A stretch of 64,000 nucleotides of DNA, taken from contig CAVSGP010000004.1 in NCBI GenBank assembly GCA_963727505.1, positions 928,001 through 992,000 on the forward strand, read 5' to 3'. Of this stretch, positions 53,894 through 64,000 are shown piece after piece. The translations under genes were made by a program, and so were the position numbers. Source of the DNA: an uncultured Trueperaceae bacterium. GTDB lineage: Bacteria > Deinococcota > Deinococci > Deinococcales > Trueperaceae. Each line of letters starts with the position of its first letter. Position 1 is the first letter of the stretch. The notes under the pieces were generated by a model that was not told the DNA's origin, did no database searches, and was given only the letters and a program-made list of their open reading frames with translations.

Positions 53894-54723
53894 GCGAGTC
53901 CCCTACCCTCCGGACCCTGTCGGTGGCCGGCACCACCCTTGCCTACGTGCGCGCCGGGGCCGGCGCGCCGGTGGTGCTGGTCCACGGCAACCTGGCGAGC
54001 CACCGCTACTGGCAGGAGCTGCTGGCTGCCCCACCGGCCGGGCTCGAGCTCTTCGCCCCCGACCTGCCCAACTTCGGCGCCTCCGGCCCGCTGACCGGCG
54101 AGATCACCATGGCCGCTTACGGTGCGGCGCTGGCCGCGTTCCTGGAGGCCCTCGAGCTGCGCGGCGTCACGCTGGTGGGCCACAGCCTCGGCGGCGCCGT
54201 GGCGCAGGCGTGCGCCGGCTATGCGCCGGAACGCATCGCTCGCCTCCTGCTGGTGGACTCCCCGGCCCCCGGTCCCTTCCACGCCCCCGAGGCGAGCCTT
54301 CGAGGTGCCGAGGTCCTGGCCGGGGAGAGCGACGCGGCCGCGCGCCGCGCCATGATCGCCCAGGCCCTCCCGGCCGTGATGCCCACCCGCACGCCGCCCT
54401 ACTTCGATGAGCTCGTCTCGGAAGCCGCACGTATCCCACCCGAGGCCATCATGCCGAACGCCTACGCCCTCGAGACGATGGACCTGTTCGATCTCGTCGC
54501 CGCCTACCGCGGTCCCGTCGTTGTGCTGCGCGGCGACAAGGACGCCCTCGTGAGCGACGACCTCGCCCGGGCGACGGTCGACGCCTACGGCGCCGACCGC
54601 TGCCGGCACCTCACCTGGACCGGCGTGGGGCACTCCCCACAGATCGAGGCGCCCGAGCGCTTCACTCGGCTCCTGGCCGACGTCGCGCTGGGCCGAGACC
54701 CTGGGGGACCCGCCATGACCTGA
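53890..54723 (+). CDS. Alpha/beta hydrolase
   Basis: LVHGN, PDLPNFG.S, GHSLG, GDKD, VGHSPQIEAPE. Confidence 0.9.
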   Translation: MSESPTLRTLSVAGTTLAYVRAGAGAPVVLVHGNLASHRYWQELLAAPPAGLELFAPDLPNFGASGPLTGEITMAAYGAALAAFLEALELRGVTLVGHSLGGAVAQACAGYAPERIARLLLVDSPAPGPFHAPEASLRGAEVLAGESDAAARRAMIAQALPAVMPTRTPPYFDELVSEAARIPPEAIMPNAYALETMDLFDLVAAYRGPVVVLRGDKDALVSDDLARATVDAYGADRCRHLTWTGVGHSPQIEAPERFTRLLADVALGRDPGGPAMT

Positions 54724-54810
54724 CACCCCGAACCCCACGAGAGGAAGCCACCCGTCGTCCACCGTTCGCCGCGCGGCCGTTCCACGGCCGTCCCATCCCC
54801 AGGAGGCAGC

Positions 54811-56010
54811 ATGAAGCGAATCGCACTCATCCTCGTCGCCGTCCTCGCGTCGCTGGCCCTCGCCCAGCCCGTGACCATCGGCATCCTCAGCCCGCTCACC
54901 GGCGGCGCCGCCGGTACCGGCCAGGCCCAGAAGGAGGGCTTCGATCTGGCCCTCAAGGAGATCAACGCCGCGGGCGGCGTGCTCGGTCAGCCCCTCAAGG
55001 TCATCTACGCCGATACCCAGGCCAACGGCAAGGTCGCGGTGGCGGCCTTCGAGAAGCTCATGACCGAGGACAACGTCCAGTTCATCGGCGGCGGCTACAG
55101 CTCCGGCGTGACGCTGGCGCTGGCCGAGTCGTTCAAGACCTTCCAGCCCGTCGTGAGCTGGATCGGCGGGGCCGTTTCGGGCGTCGGCATCGACAACTTC
55201 GACGGTATCGAGGAGATCCTCGGCAACGAGCCCTGGTTCTTCCACGTGCACCCCTGGGACTACCAGAACACCGAGGCCTCCACCAACTTCATCGCCGACA
55301 GCGGCGTGAAGTCCGTGGCGCTGCTGCACGAAGACTCCGCCTTCGGCGGACCCGGCTCCCAGGAGGCCCAGAAGCTGCTCGAAGCCGCGGGCCTGAAGGT
55401 CACCATCAACGAGGCCTTCAAGTCGACGCTGTTCGGCGGCACCGGCGACTTCCGCGCCGCCATCAGCAAGGCAGCGGCCACGAAGGCCGACATGCTCTAC
55501 TGGATCGGCTACGACTCCGACGTGGTGCCGATGATCAGCCAGACCCGCGAGCTCAACTACACGCCCCAGCAGATCTTCGGGGCCCCTCCGGGATGGCCGA
55601 GCGACTTCGCCAAGGCTCCCGAGGCCCAGTGCGTCACCGGCCTGATCGGCTTCATGCCGAACCTGCCCACGCCCGAGGCTGCGGCCTTCACCAAGAGCTT
55701 CGAGGCGATGTACAACAAGGCGCCCGACAACTACATGTCGGCCCTGGCCTACGCCCAGCTGTGGTCGTACGCCGACAGCATCAACAAGGCGGGAACCACG
55801 GACCAGCAGGCCGTCATCAAGACCATGGAGAGCCTCACCTTCAAGTCGCCCATGGGCCCCTGGAAGTTCCACGACTCCCAGATCACCCATCACCAGGGCT
55901 TCGGCGCCGACATGTGGCTGGTCTTCCAGTATCAGAACGGCGAACGTCAGATCGTGTGGCCGACGAGCAAGGCCACCGCGCCGCTGCAGAGCTGTCAGGC
56001 GGGCAACTGA
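54811..56010 (+). CDS. livK: HAAT/Liv-type ABC substrate-binding protein
   Basis: IGILSPLTG, EINAAGGVLG, GGYSSGV, signal peptide. Confidence 0.88.
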   Translation: MKRIALILVAVLASLALAQPVTIGILSPLTGGAAGTGQAQKEGFDLALKEINAAGGVLGQPLKVIYADTQANGKVAVAAFEKLMTEDNVQFIGGGYSSGVTLALAESFKTFQPVVSWIGGAVSGVGIDNFDGIEEILGNEPWFFHVHPWDYQNTEASTNFIADSGVKSVALLHEDSAFGGPGSQEAQKLLEAAGLKVTINEAFKSTLFGGTGDFRAAISKAAATKADMLYWIGYDSDVVPMISQTRELNYTPQQIFGAPPGWPSDFAKAPEAQCVTGLIGFMPNLPTPEAAAFTKSFEAMYNKAPDNYMSALAYAQLWSYADSINKAGTTDQQAVIKTMESLTFKSPMGPWKFHDSQITHHQGFGADMWLVFQYQNGERQIVWPTSKATAPLQSCQAGN

Positions 56011-56027
56011 CGTCCTGTCCGGTCCGA

Positions 56028-56057
56028 GCGGTGGGTCGGCCCCGGCCGACCTACCGC
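56028..56057 (+). other. Intercistronic stem-loop after the SBP gene (mRNA stabilising or partial terminator)
   Basis: GCGGTGGGTCGGC-CCCG-GCCGACCTACCGC. Confidence 0.55.
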
Positions 56058-56113
56058 CACCGGGCGGACACGTCCACGAATCTGATGCCGCCCTCTTCCC
56101 CCTCTCCCCGCCC

Positions 56114-56980
56114 GTGGATCTGACCCTCCTCGCCCAGGGACTCGTGTCCGGCGTGCTCGCCGCCGGGCTCTACGCCCTCGTGTCGGTGGGGCTGGCGCTG
56201 GCCATCGGCGTCATCGGCGTGATCAACTTCGCGCACGGCGAGTTCTTCATGATCGGGGCGTTCCTCGCCTACCAGCTCTTCGTGAGCTTCGGGATCGACC
56301 CCCTGCTATCGCTTATCTTCGTGGCGCCCGCGCTCTTCATCATCGGCGCCGTGATCTATCAAACGACCATCCGCTACGTGCTGGAGGCCCCCGAGCTCAA
56401 CCAGATGCTCCTCACCTTCGGCCTTTCGATCGTGTTGCAGAACCTGGCGCTGGTGATCTGGGGCGGCGACCCGCGCTCCATCAGCGGCGTGCCCTACCGC
56501 TCGGTGGGCTACCAGATCGGGGGCGTCAGCATCGGGTTGGTACCGCTCGGCAGCTTCCTCATATCGCTGGTGCTGGTGCTCGCGCTCTATGCCGTGCTGG
56601 CGCGCTCCAAGCTCGGCCGCGCGATGCGGGCGGTGGCCCAGAACCGCATCGGCGCCAGCCTGGTGGGGCTCGAGGTCAACCGCATCTACCTGGTGGCGTT
56701 CGCGCTCTCCGCGCTGCTGGCCGGCATCGGCGGAGTGATGATCGCCGTCATCCAGTCGCCCACCCCCACGGTCGGCTTCGCCTTCACGCTCAAGGCGTTC
56801 GCCATCGTGGTGCTGGCGGGGCTGGGCAACATCCGCGGCATCCTGTGGGCGTCGTTGGCGGTCGCCGTCTCCGAGTCGCTGGTGGCGACCCTCGTCCCCA
56901 ACGGCGACGCGCTGCGCAACGCGGTGTTCTTCGCCATCATCTTCATCGTGCTGGTGGTCCGCGCACGGAGGACGGCATGA
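56114..56980 (+). CDS. livH: Liv-type ABC permease
   Basis: YALVSVGL..GVINFAHGEF, GRAMRAVAQN, KAFAIVVLAGLG. Confidence 0.92.
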   Translation: MDLTLLAQGLVSGVLAAGLYALVSVGLALAIGVIGVINFAHGEFFMIGAFLAYQLFVSFGIDPLLSLIFVAPALFIIGAVIYQTTIRYVLEAPELNQMLLTFGLSIVLQNLALVIWGGDPRSISGVPYRSVGYQIGGVSIGLVPLGSFLISLVLVLALYAVLARSKLGRAMRAVAQNRIGASLVGLEVNRIYLVAFALSALLAGIGGVMIAVIQSPTPTVGFAFTLKAFAIVVLAGLGNIRGILWASLAVAVSESLVATLVPNGDALRNAVFFAIIFIVLVVRARRTA

Positions 56981-57998
56981 GACGTGCGCTGCCCGACCTG
57001 CTGTGGACGCTGCTGCTCGCCGCCGCCGTGGCGCTGGCACCGACCGTCCTCAGGGCCCTGTTCGCACAGGCGTCGGTGAGCTACCTCTCCATCGCCGCCA
57101 ACGCCATCAGCCTCGCCATCCTGGCCCTGTCGTGGGACCTGCTGGCCCGCACCGGTCAGCTCTCGCTCGCCCACGCCGCCTTCTACGGCGCCGGCGCCTA
57201 CACCGCAGCCATCCTCGCGAAGGCGGGCGGCCTCCCCCTGGCGCTGGGGCTCCCGCTCGCCGCAGTCGTGGCCGCGCTATTGGCCCTCGGTCTCGGGTCG
57301 GTCACCCTGCGACTCAAGGGCATCTACTTCGCGATCGCCACCCTGGCCTTCACCGAGGTGCTGAAGGCCGTCGTCCAGGAACTGCCCACCGGTCTGGCGG
57401 GGGGAGCGGCCGGCCTCAACGTGCCCCCGCTGTTCCGCCCTCACTTCGTCCCCGGCGTGATGCAACGCTGGGAGATCGCCTTCCAACGCAACGAGGCCTA
57501 CTTCTACGTCTATGGAGGCCTGCTGATCCTGACGATCCTCGTCTCGACGGTGGCGCAGCGCACCCGGCTCCGGGCTGCCTTCACGGCGGTGCGCACCAAC
57601 GAGGAGGTCGCCGCCGTGATGGGCGTGCGCCCCGCCCGGGCCAAGCTGCTGGCGTTCGTGCTCTCGAGCGCGCTGGTCGGCATGCTCGGCGCTCTCGAAG
57701 CGATGCGGCTGGGGAGCGTCATCCCGGACGGCACCTTCGCCATCTCGACCACGGTGTTCGCCTTGGTGACGCCCATCTTCGGTGGGCTCTACACCACGCT
57801 GGGCCCGATCCTGGGCGCCGGTGTGCTCTCCGCGGTCGAGGAGACGCTGCGACGCACCTTCGCTGAGGGCTACCTGATCGGCTACGGCATCGTGCTGGTG
57901 GCGTCGATCCTGTTCATGCCGCGCGGGATCGTGGGGCTCTTCACGCGGCTGACCCGGCGTCGCGCGGCTGCGCCCGGCGTCGACGCAGAGGAGACGGA

Positions 57999-58002
<4 letters not shown>
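56977..58002 (+). CDS. livM: Liv-type ABC permease
   Basis: [47 protein letters not shown]. Confidence 0.92.
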
Positions 58003-59536
<1,534 letters not shown>

Positions 59537-59588
59537 GGGAGGCGCGGCCCGCCGGGTCCCGGTCGATCGCGTGTGCGCGCAGCTCCCC

Positions 59589-60425
59589 TCAAGCTTCCGA
59601 GGGACGGCGCCCCAGCGTCACCAGGTATTCGGCGTTCGGGCGCTCGCGTTCCTGGTGCGCCAGGAAGTCCGCCAGCTCGCCTCGCAGGTCCGGCCAGCGG
59701 CCGTCGGCCTCCGTCAGGCGCCGCGCGACGATCAACGGGCCGAAGGTGCTCGTGTAGAACGCGACGCCGTCGTCGATCGACGGGAAGTCGTAGCTGCTCG
59801 GCACGCTCTGCCGCTCGAACTTCAACACCATGCCCGTGCCCGCGAACAGGTCGCGCACGTGCTCCTCCGTCCCCCACCGGAGCGGGGCCGGGGCGTCGGG
59901 GAAAGGCTGCGGCAGGTAGCGCGCGAGGATGGCGAAGAACGGCCGCATCGCCCCGGTCGGGATCCACGCGCACAGCCCCATGCGTCCTCCGGGTCGCAGG
60001 ACGCGCGCGATCTCCCGGGCAGCGGCGCGATGGCCGGGCGCGAACATGCACCCGAACGTCGACAGCACCACGTCGAAGCTGGCGTCGGCCACCGGCATGG
60101 CCTCGGCGTCCCCCTCGAGCCAGGTGACCTCCACGCCCGCCTCCGCGGCGAGCGCGCGCCCGGTCGCGAACAGTTCCGGGGTCAGGTCGATCCCGACAAC
60201 GCGGGCGCCCGCGGTCGCCGCGCGAAGGGCCGCGTTCCCGGTCCCGCACGCGACGTCCAGCACGTCCTCCCCTGGACGCACGTCGAGCCGTCGCACGAGG
60301 CGCTCCCCCGTCTGCCAGAATTCGCGGCGGGCGATCGCGCCGTAGTCGCCGGTGGCCCACGTCGCACGGATCTGCCGTTTCGCGGGATCGGGCACCGGGT
60401 TCGTACTGGACGCTGTCGTGGTCAT
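59589..60425 (-). CDS. Class I SAM-dependent methyltransferase
   Basis: W..GDY, VLDVACGTG, GDAE.MP..D.SFDVVLS.FG.MF, RVLRPGG; AAGGAGG RBS. Confidence 0.92.
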   Translation of the reverse strand: MTTTASSTNPVPDPAKRQIRATWATGDYGAIARREFWQTGERLVRRLDVRPGEDVLDVACGTGNAALRAATAGARVVGIDLTPELFATGRALAAEAGVEVTWLEGDAEAMPVADASFDVVLSTFGCMFAPGHRAAAREIARVLRPGGRMGLCAWIPTGAMRPFFAILARYLPQPFPDAPAPLRWGTEEHVRDLFAGTGMVLKFERQSVPSSYDFPSIDDGVAFYTSTFGPLIVARRLTEADGRWPDLRGELADFLAHQERERPNAEYLVTLGRRPSEA

Positions 60426-60519
60426 GGCGGGCCTCCTTCGTGAGAGGACGGTCGGCTCCAACGGCCGAATCTGGTCCAGCCTGCCACGCCGCAGCGTCGC
60501 GGAGCATCGGTGAGATCGC

Positions 60520-62205
60520 CTAGTCGCGGCTAGGTAAGCGGCCGCGCGCGACCAGGGCGGCCTCGGTCCGGTTCCTCACCCCGAGCTTGGACAACACGCT
60601 CTGGACGTGATGTTCGACCGTCCGGCGGGAGATGGACAGGCGCTCGGCGATGGCGGGATTCGACAGGCCCTGCTCGAGGAGCTCCAGCACCTCGCGCTCG
60701 CGCTTCGTCAGCATGCCGAGGCCCTTGGGCCCGCGGCGCGACGCCCGCACCCCCAGCGTCCGAAGGACGGCGGCCGCCCGGTCGGCATCGCCCCCCGCGC
60801 CGAGGTCCTCGAACGAGGCCAGGGCGCTCCGGAGCCACGGTGCGGCCAGGTCGGGCGTTCGCCGGGCCAGCTGCTCGCCGAGAAGGAGCCGGCAGCGCGC
60901 CGCCTCCAGCGGCATCTGCAGGCGCTCGAAGCGCGTCAGCGCCTGCCGCCCGGACCGTATCGCGCCTTCGGGGTCGCGTGCGGCCGCCAACGCACGTGCG
61001 CGCGCCAGATCGGCCTGCGCGACGATCGGTTGGCAGCCGGTCTCCTCGCCGAGACCGACGAGTCGATCGGCAACGGCGAGCGCCTCCCGGCCCCGGCCCG
61101 CCGCCGCCAGCGCCGCGGCCTGCACCGACAGTGCGGCCGCCCGCTCCAGACCCGCCGCGGCCCCGGCGGTGTAGGCGAGCAGCCGATCGTCCTCCCCGCC
61201 CTCTTCGGCGCCCTCCATCGCGGCGGCCGCCGCAGCGCTCTGGCCCCGCGCCAGCAGGAGCGCCGCGCGGACGCGCCCACCCACCGCCTGCCCCGCCAAC
61301 CCCTGCACCAGCTCCTCGGCCTCCTCCAGCCTTCCCTGGGCGAGGCGCAGCTCCGCCAACCCCGCGAGCGCCATCCCGTGCAGCGCCGGCTCGGCGTCCC
61401 GACCGGTCCGGAGCGCGGCCAGGTAGTGCTCGTCCGCGCTCCGCCAGTCGCCGGTGACGAACATCAGGCGGGCGTGGTGGACGCGGCACAACGTGAAGAC
61501 GTGCGGGCAACCGAAGCGCTCGGCGAAGGCGTGGCCCGCGCGGATCCACTGCAGGGCCCGACCCACCTCCGCCACCCGGCTGCAGGCCGTGACCGTGTTG
61601 CAGCTCGCATACACGACCGTCTGCAGACGCTCGCCCTGGCCCGCCAGCGCACCGGCCATCGTCTCGTCGAGGAGGTCGACACCGTCGGCGATCCGACCCA
61701 TGCCGACGAGGCACGCACCGAGCTGGCTGCGCGCGCACAGCTCGAGGTCCGGGTCGCCGGTCCGCACGGCGATGTCGACGGCGGACCTCGCCGCCCGCTC
61801 GGCCGCCGCGACGTCGTCCGACGCATGGGCGGTGAGCAGCAGGATCCAGCCGTCGAGGGGCTCGAGCCGGTGCTCCTCGACCAGGCGCGCCGCGCGCCGC
61901 AGCCAACCGTTCGCGACGGCCCGCCGCCCCAGGCTGATGCGCGCCACGAAGTACAGCTGGAACGCCGCCATCACCGCCTCGGCCGGCTCGCCGTCGCGCA
62001 GGTAGGCCGCGTGGGCACGCTCGAAGTGCGCCACCGCGGCCGCCGTGTCGCCGAGCCACCATGCCGCCTCCGCGAACCCGGCCAGGGCCGGCGCCGTGGG
62101 CTCCTGCTCGAGGGCGCGGGCGAAGACCGCCTCGGCCTGCCGCCAACGACCGTCGGCAAGCGCCCGCCTCCCCTCGGCGAGCCACCCCTCCTGTGGCTGC
62201 TCCAT
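60520..62205 (-). CDS. TPR-containing LuxR-family transcriptional regulator
   Basis: C-terminal LTKREREVLELLEQGLSNPAIAERLSISRRTVEHHVQSVLSKLG; TACCGT -10 6 nt before the ATG. Confidence 0.92.
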   Translation of the reverse strand: MEQPQEGWLAEGRRALADGRWRQAEAVFARALEQEPTAPALAGFAEAAWWLGDTAAAVAHFERAHAAYLRDGEPAEAVMAAFQLYFVARISLGRRAVANGWLRRAARLVEEHRLEPLDGWILLLTAHASDDVAAAERAARSAVDIAVRTGDPDLELCARSQLGACLVGMGRIADGVDLLDETMAGALAGQGERLQTVVYASCNTVTACSRVAEVGRALQWIRAGHAFAERFGCPHVFTLCRVHHARLMFVTGDWRSADEHYLAALRTGRDAEPALHGMALAGLAELRLAQGRLEEAEELVQGLAGQAVGGRVRAALLLARGQSAAAAAAMEGAEEGGEDDRLLAYTAGAAAGLERAAALSVQAAALAAAGRGREALAVADRLVGLGEETGCQPIVAQADLARARALAAARDPEGAIRSGRQALTRFERLQMPLEAARCRLLLGEQLARRTPDLAAPWLRSALASFEDLGAGGDADRAAAVLRTLGVRASRRGPKGLGMLTKREREVLELLEQGLSNPAIAERLSISRRTVEHHVQSVLSKLGVRNRTEAALVARGRLPSRD

Positions 62206-62289
62206 GGCGCCACGGTAGCGCACCCGCAGCGCGCGGCGCACCCCCGCCCGCCACGCGCGTCGCACCCGGAGTCGGGCCTGCGCCGTGGA

Positions 62290-63144
62290 TCAGCGCCGCG
62301 TGCGACCGCGCGGGTCGAGCACGTCGCGCAGGCCGTCGCCGAGCAGGTTGAACGCCAGCACCGTGAGCAGGATGGCGATGGCCGGCGCCGACGACGCCCA
62401 GGGCGCCTCGTTGATGAAGTTGCGCGTCTCCGAGACGATGGCCCCCCACTCGGGGGTGGGCGGCTGCGCCCCGAAGCCGATGAACCCGAGGCCCGCTGCG
62501 GTCAGGATGGCGCTGCCGATGTCGAAGCTCGCCTGCACCAGCAGCGGCGTCAACGTGTTGGGCAGCACGTGCAGGAAGGCCTGCCGGAGTCTCGCCGCGC
62601 CCAGCGCGCGCGACGCCTCTACGTAGTCGAGCGTACGCACCGCCAGCACCTGCGCCCGCAGCAGGCGGGCGTAGTTGGGCCACGAAACCGCCGCCACCGC
62701 GATCATCACGTTGGTCAGACTAGGACCCAGCGCGGCGGAGATCGCCATCGCCAGGATCAGCGCCGGGAATGCCAGGAAGATGTCGGTGACGCGCATGAGC
62801 AGCTCGTCCCAGAAGCCTCCCAGCATGCCCGCGGCGAGGCCCACCACGCCGCCCACGAACAGCGACACAGCGACCACCACGAACCCGATGCGAAGCGAGA
62901 TACGCGAGCCCCACACCACCCGCGACCACACGTCGCGGCCGAGCTGGTCGGTGCCGAACCAGTGCTGGGCGCTCGGGCCCTGCAGCCGCTCCGACAGGTT
63001 CTGGTGGAGGGGGTCGCCGGCGAGGAAAGGCGCCATCAGCGCCAGCACGATCAGCGCGACCGACAGACCCGTGCCGATCAACGTCCCCGGATTGCGGAGG
63101 AAACGCCGGGCCGGCTTGCTACGGAGGAAGGCCGGGGCGGTCAC
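62290..63144 (-). CDS. dppC: Peptide/nickel ABC permease (DppC/OppC)
   Basis: PSAQHWFGTDQLGRD, YVEASRALGA, HVLPN, PTPEWG, NLLGDGLRD. Confidence 0.92.
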   Translation of the reverse strand: MTAPAFLRSKPARRFLRNPGTLIGTGLSVALIVLALMAPFLAGDPLHQNLSERLQGPSAQHWFGTDQLGRDVWSRVVWGSRISLRIGFVVVAVSLFVGGVVGLAAGMLGGFWDELLMRVTDIFLAFPALILAMAISAALGPSLTNVMIAVAAVSWPNYARLLRAQVLAVRTLDYVEASRALGAARLRQAFLHVLPNTLTPLLVQASFDIGSAILTAAGLGFIGFGAQPPTPEWGAIVSETRNFINEAPWASSAPAIAILLTVLAFNLLGDGLRDVLDPRGRTRR

Positions 63145-64000
63145 GCGTAGGTGATGCGCGGGTCGAAGACCGCGTAGGAGATGTCGACGAGGAGGTTGAT
63201 GACACTGTAGGCGAGGCCCGCCACCAGCGTCACGCCCATGACCGCAGGGAAGTCCAGCCCGATGGCGCTGGAGGTGGCGTAGGAGCCCAGGCCCGGCCAC
63301 GAGAAGATGGTCTCGGTGAGCACCGCGCCGGTGAGCAGGCTGCCGAGCAGGCTCCCCATCACCGTGAGCACCGGCAGCGCGGCGTTGCGCAGCGCGTGCT
63401 TGAACGTCACCACCCGGCTCGCCAGCCCCTTGGCGCGGGCGGTGCGGACGTAGTCCTGGGACAGCACCTCGAGCATGGCGCTGCGCACCATCCGGGCCAG
63501 CAGCGCCGTGGAGAACGCACCCAGCACGGCGGCGGGGAGGATGAGGTGGCGCACCGCGCTCACGAACGCCGGCCAATCGCCGGCGATCGCCGCGTCGACC
63601 ACCAGCATGCCGGTGACGCGGTGGGGCTCGATCAGATAGGCGTTGAGCTCACCGGGTCCCGGCAACCAGCCGAGGCGGGAGTGGAACAGCTCGAGCGCGA
63701 GGATGGCCAGCCAGTACACCGGCGTGGCACCCCCCACCAGCGCCAGCGTGCGCACGCCCAGGTCGACGGGCCGGTCCTGGTAGAGCGCGGCGATCACCCC
63801 TGCCGGCAGGCCGAAGAGGATGGCGAACACCATGGCGCCGAGCGTGAGCTCGAGCGTGGCGGGGAAGAAATCCCGCAGGTCGGACAAGATAGGGCGCTGC
63901 GTGCGAAGCGAGTTGCCGAGGTCACCCCGGAAGAGGTCCACCATGTAGCGCAGGTACTGCCGGTAGGCCGGCAGGTCGAGCCCGTACTTCTGCCGGTAGG
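63141..64000 (-). CDS. dppB: Peptide/nickel ABC permease (DppB/OppB), 5'-partial
   Basis: GDLGNS, PATLEL, HLILPA, DYVRTARAKGL, HALRNA, ETIFSWPGLG; frame open to the window edge. Confidence 0.92.
   Translation of the reverse strand, partial: YRQKYGLDLPAYRQYLRYMVDLFRGDLGNSLRTQRPILSDLRDFFPATLELTLGAMVFAILFGLPAGVIAALYQDRPVDLGVRTLALVGGATPVYWLAILALELFHSRLGWLPGPGELNAYLIEPHRVTGMLVVDAAIAGDWPAFVSAVRHLILPAAVLGAFSTALLARMVRSAMLEVLSQDYVRTARAKGLASRVVTFKHALRNAALPVLTVMGSLLGSLLTGAVLTETIFSWPGLGSYATSSAIGLDFPAVMGVTLVAGLAYSVINLLVDISYAVFDPRITYA

Overview
Very GC-rich bacterial chromosomal segment, probably Deinococcota (Trueperaceae-like), inferred from the V/A-ATPase, the apparently leaderless TANNNT promoters and the gene content. 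It is densely coding, with about 75 genes; no rRNA, tRNA, CRISPR or IS element was recognised. Main modules: (1) 192-11255: a complete V/A-type ATPase operon in the order G-C-I-K-F-E-A-B-D, embedded between two universal stress proteins and an aeRF1-like protein lacking GGQ (Balon/baeRF-like), which looks like a dormancy or stress energy module; (2) 11.3-16.8 kb: assorted genes (SDR, ABM monooxygenase, aquaporin, cupredoxin, rbsK-rbsD, secreted protein); (3) a MurT-GatD single-polypeptide fusion; (4) a cysteine hydrolase + GH63-like glycosidase + Pot-type ABC importer operon; (5) 31.9-47.4 kb: a putatively GntR-controlled organosulfonate catabolic island (SuyAB sulfolactate sulfo-lyase, Gfo/Idh/MocA oxidoreductase, TTT transporter, LVIVD protein, AprAB-like flavoprotein/ferredoxin, creatininase-like amidohydrolase, cupin, 2-hydroxyacid dehydrogenase, Tau/Ssu-type ABC), whose two promoters share an identical 17-bp motif; (6) a cupin-HD-GYP gene and a small secreted protein with a shared promoter architecture; (7) a TetR-FabH-like-acyl-CoA ligase-2x hydrolase-LivKHMGF operon; (8) a methyltransferase, a LuxR-TPR regulator and dppBC (partial). 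Short 14-16 bp tandem duplications recur, both at stop codons and inside coding linkers. All calls come from reading motifs by eye; no database searches were run.
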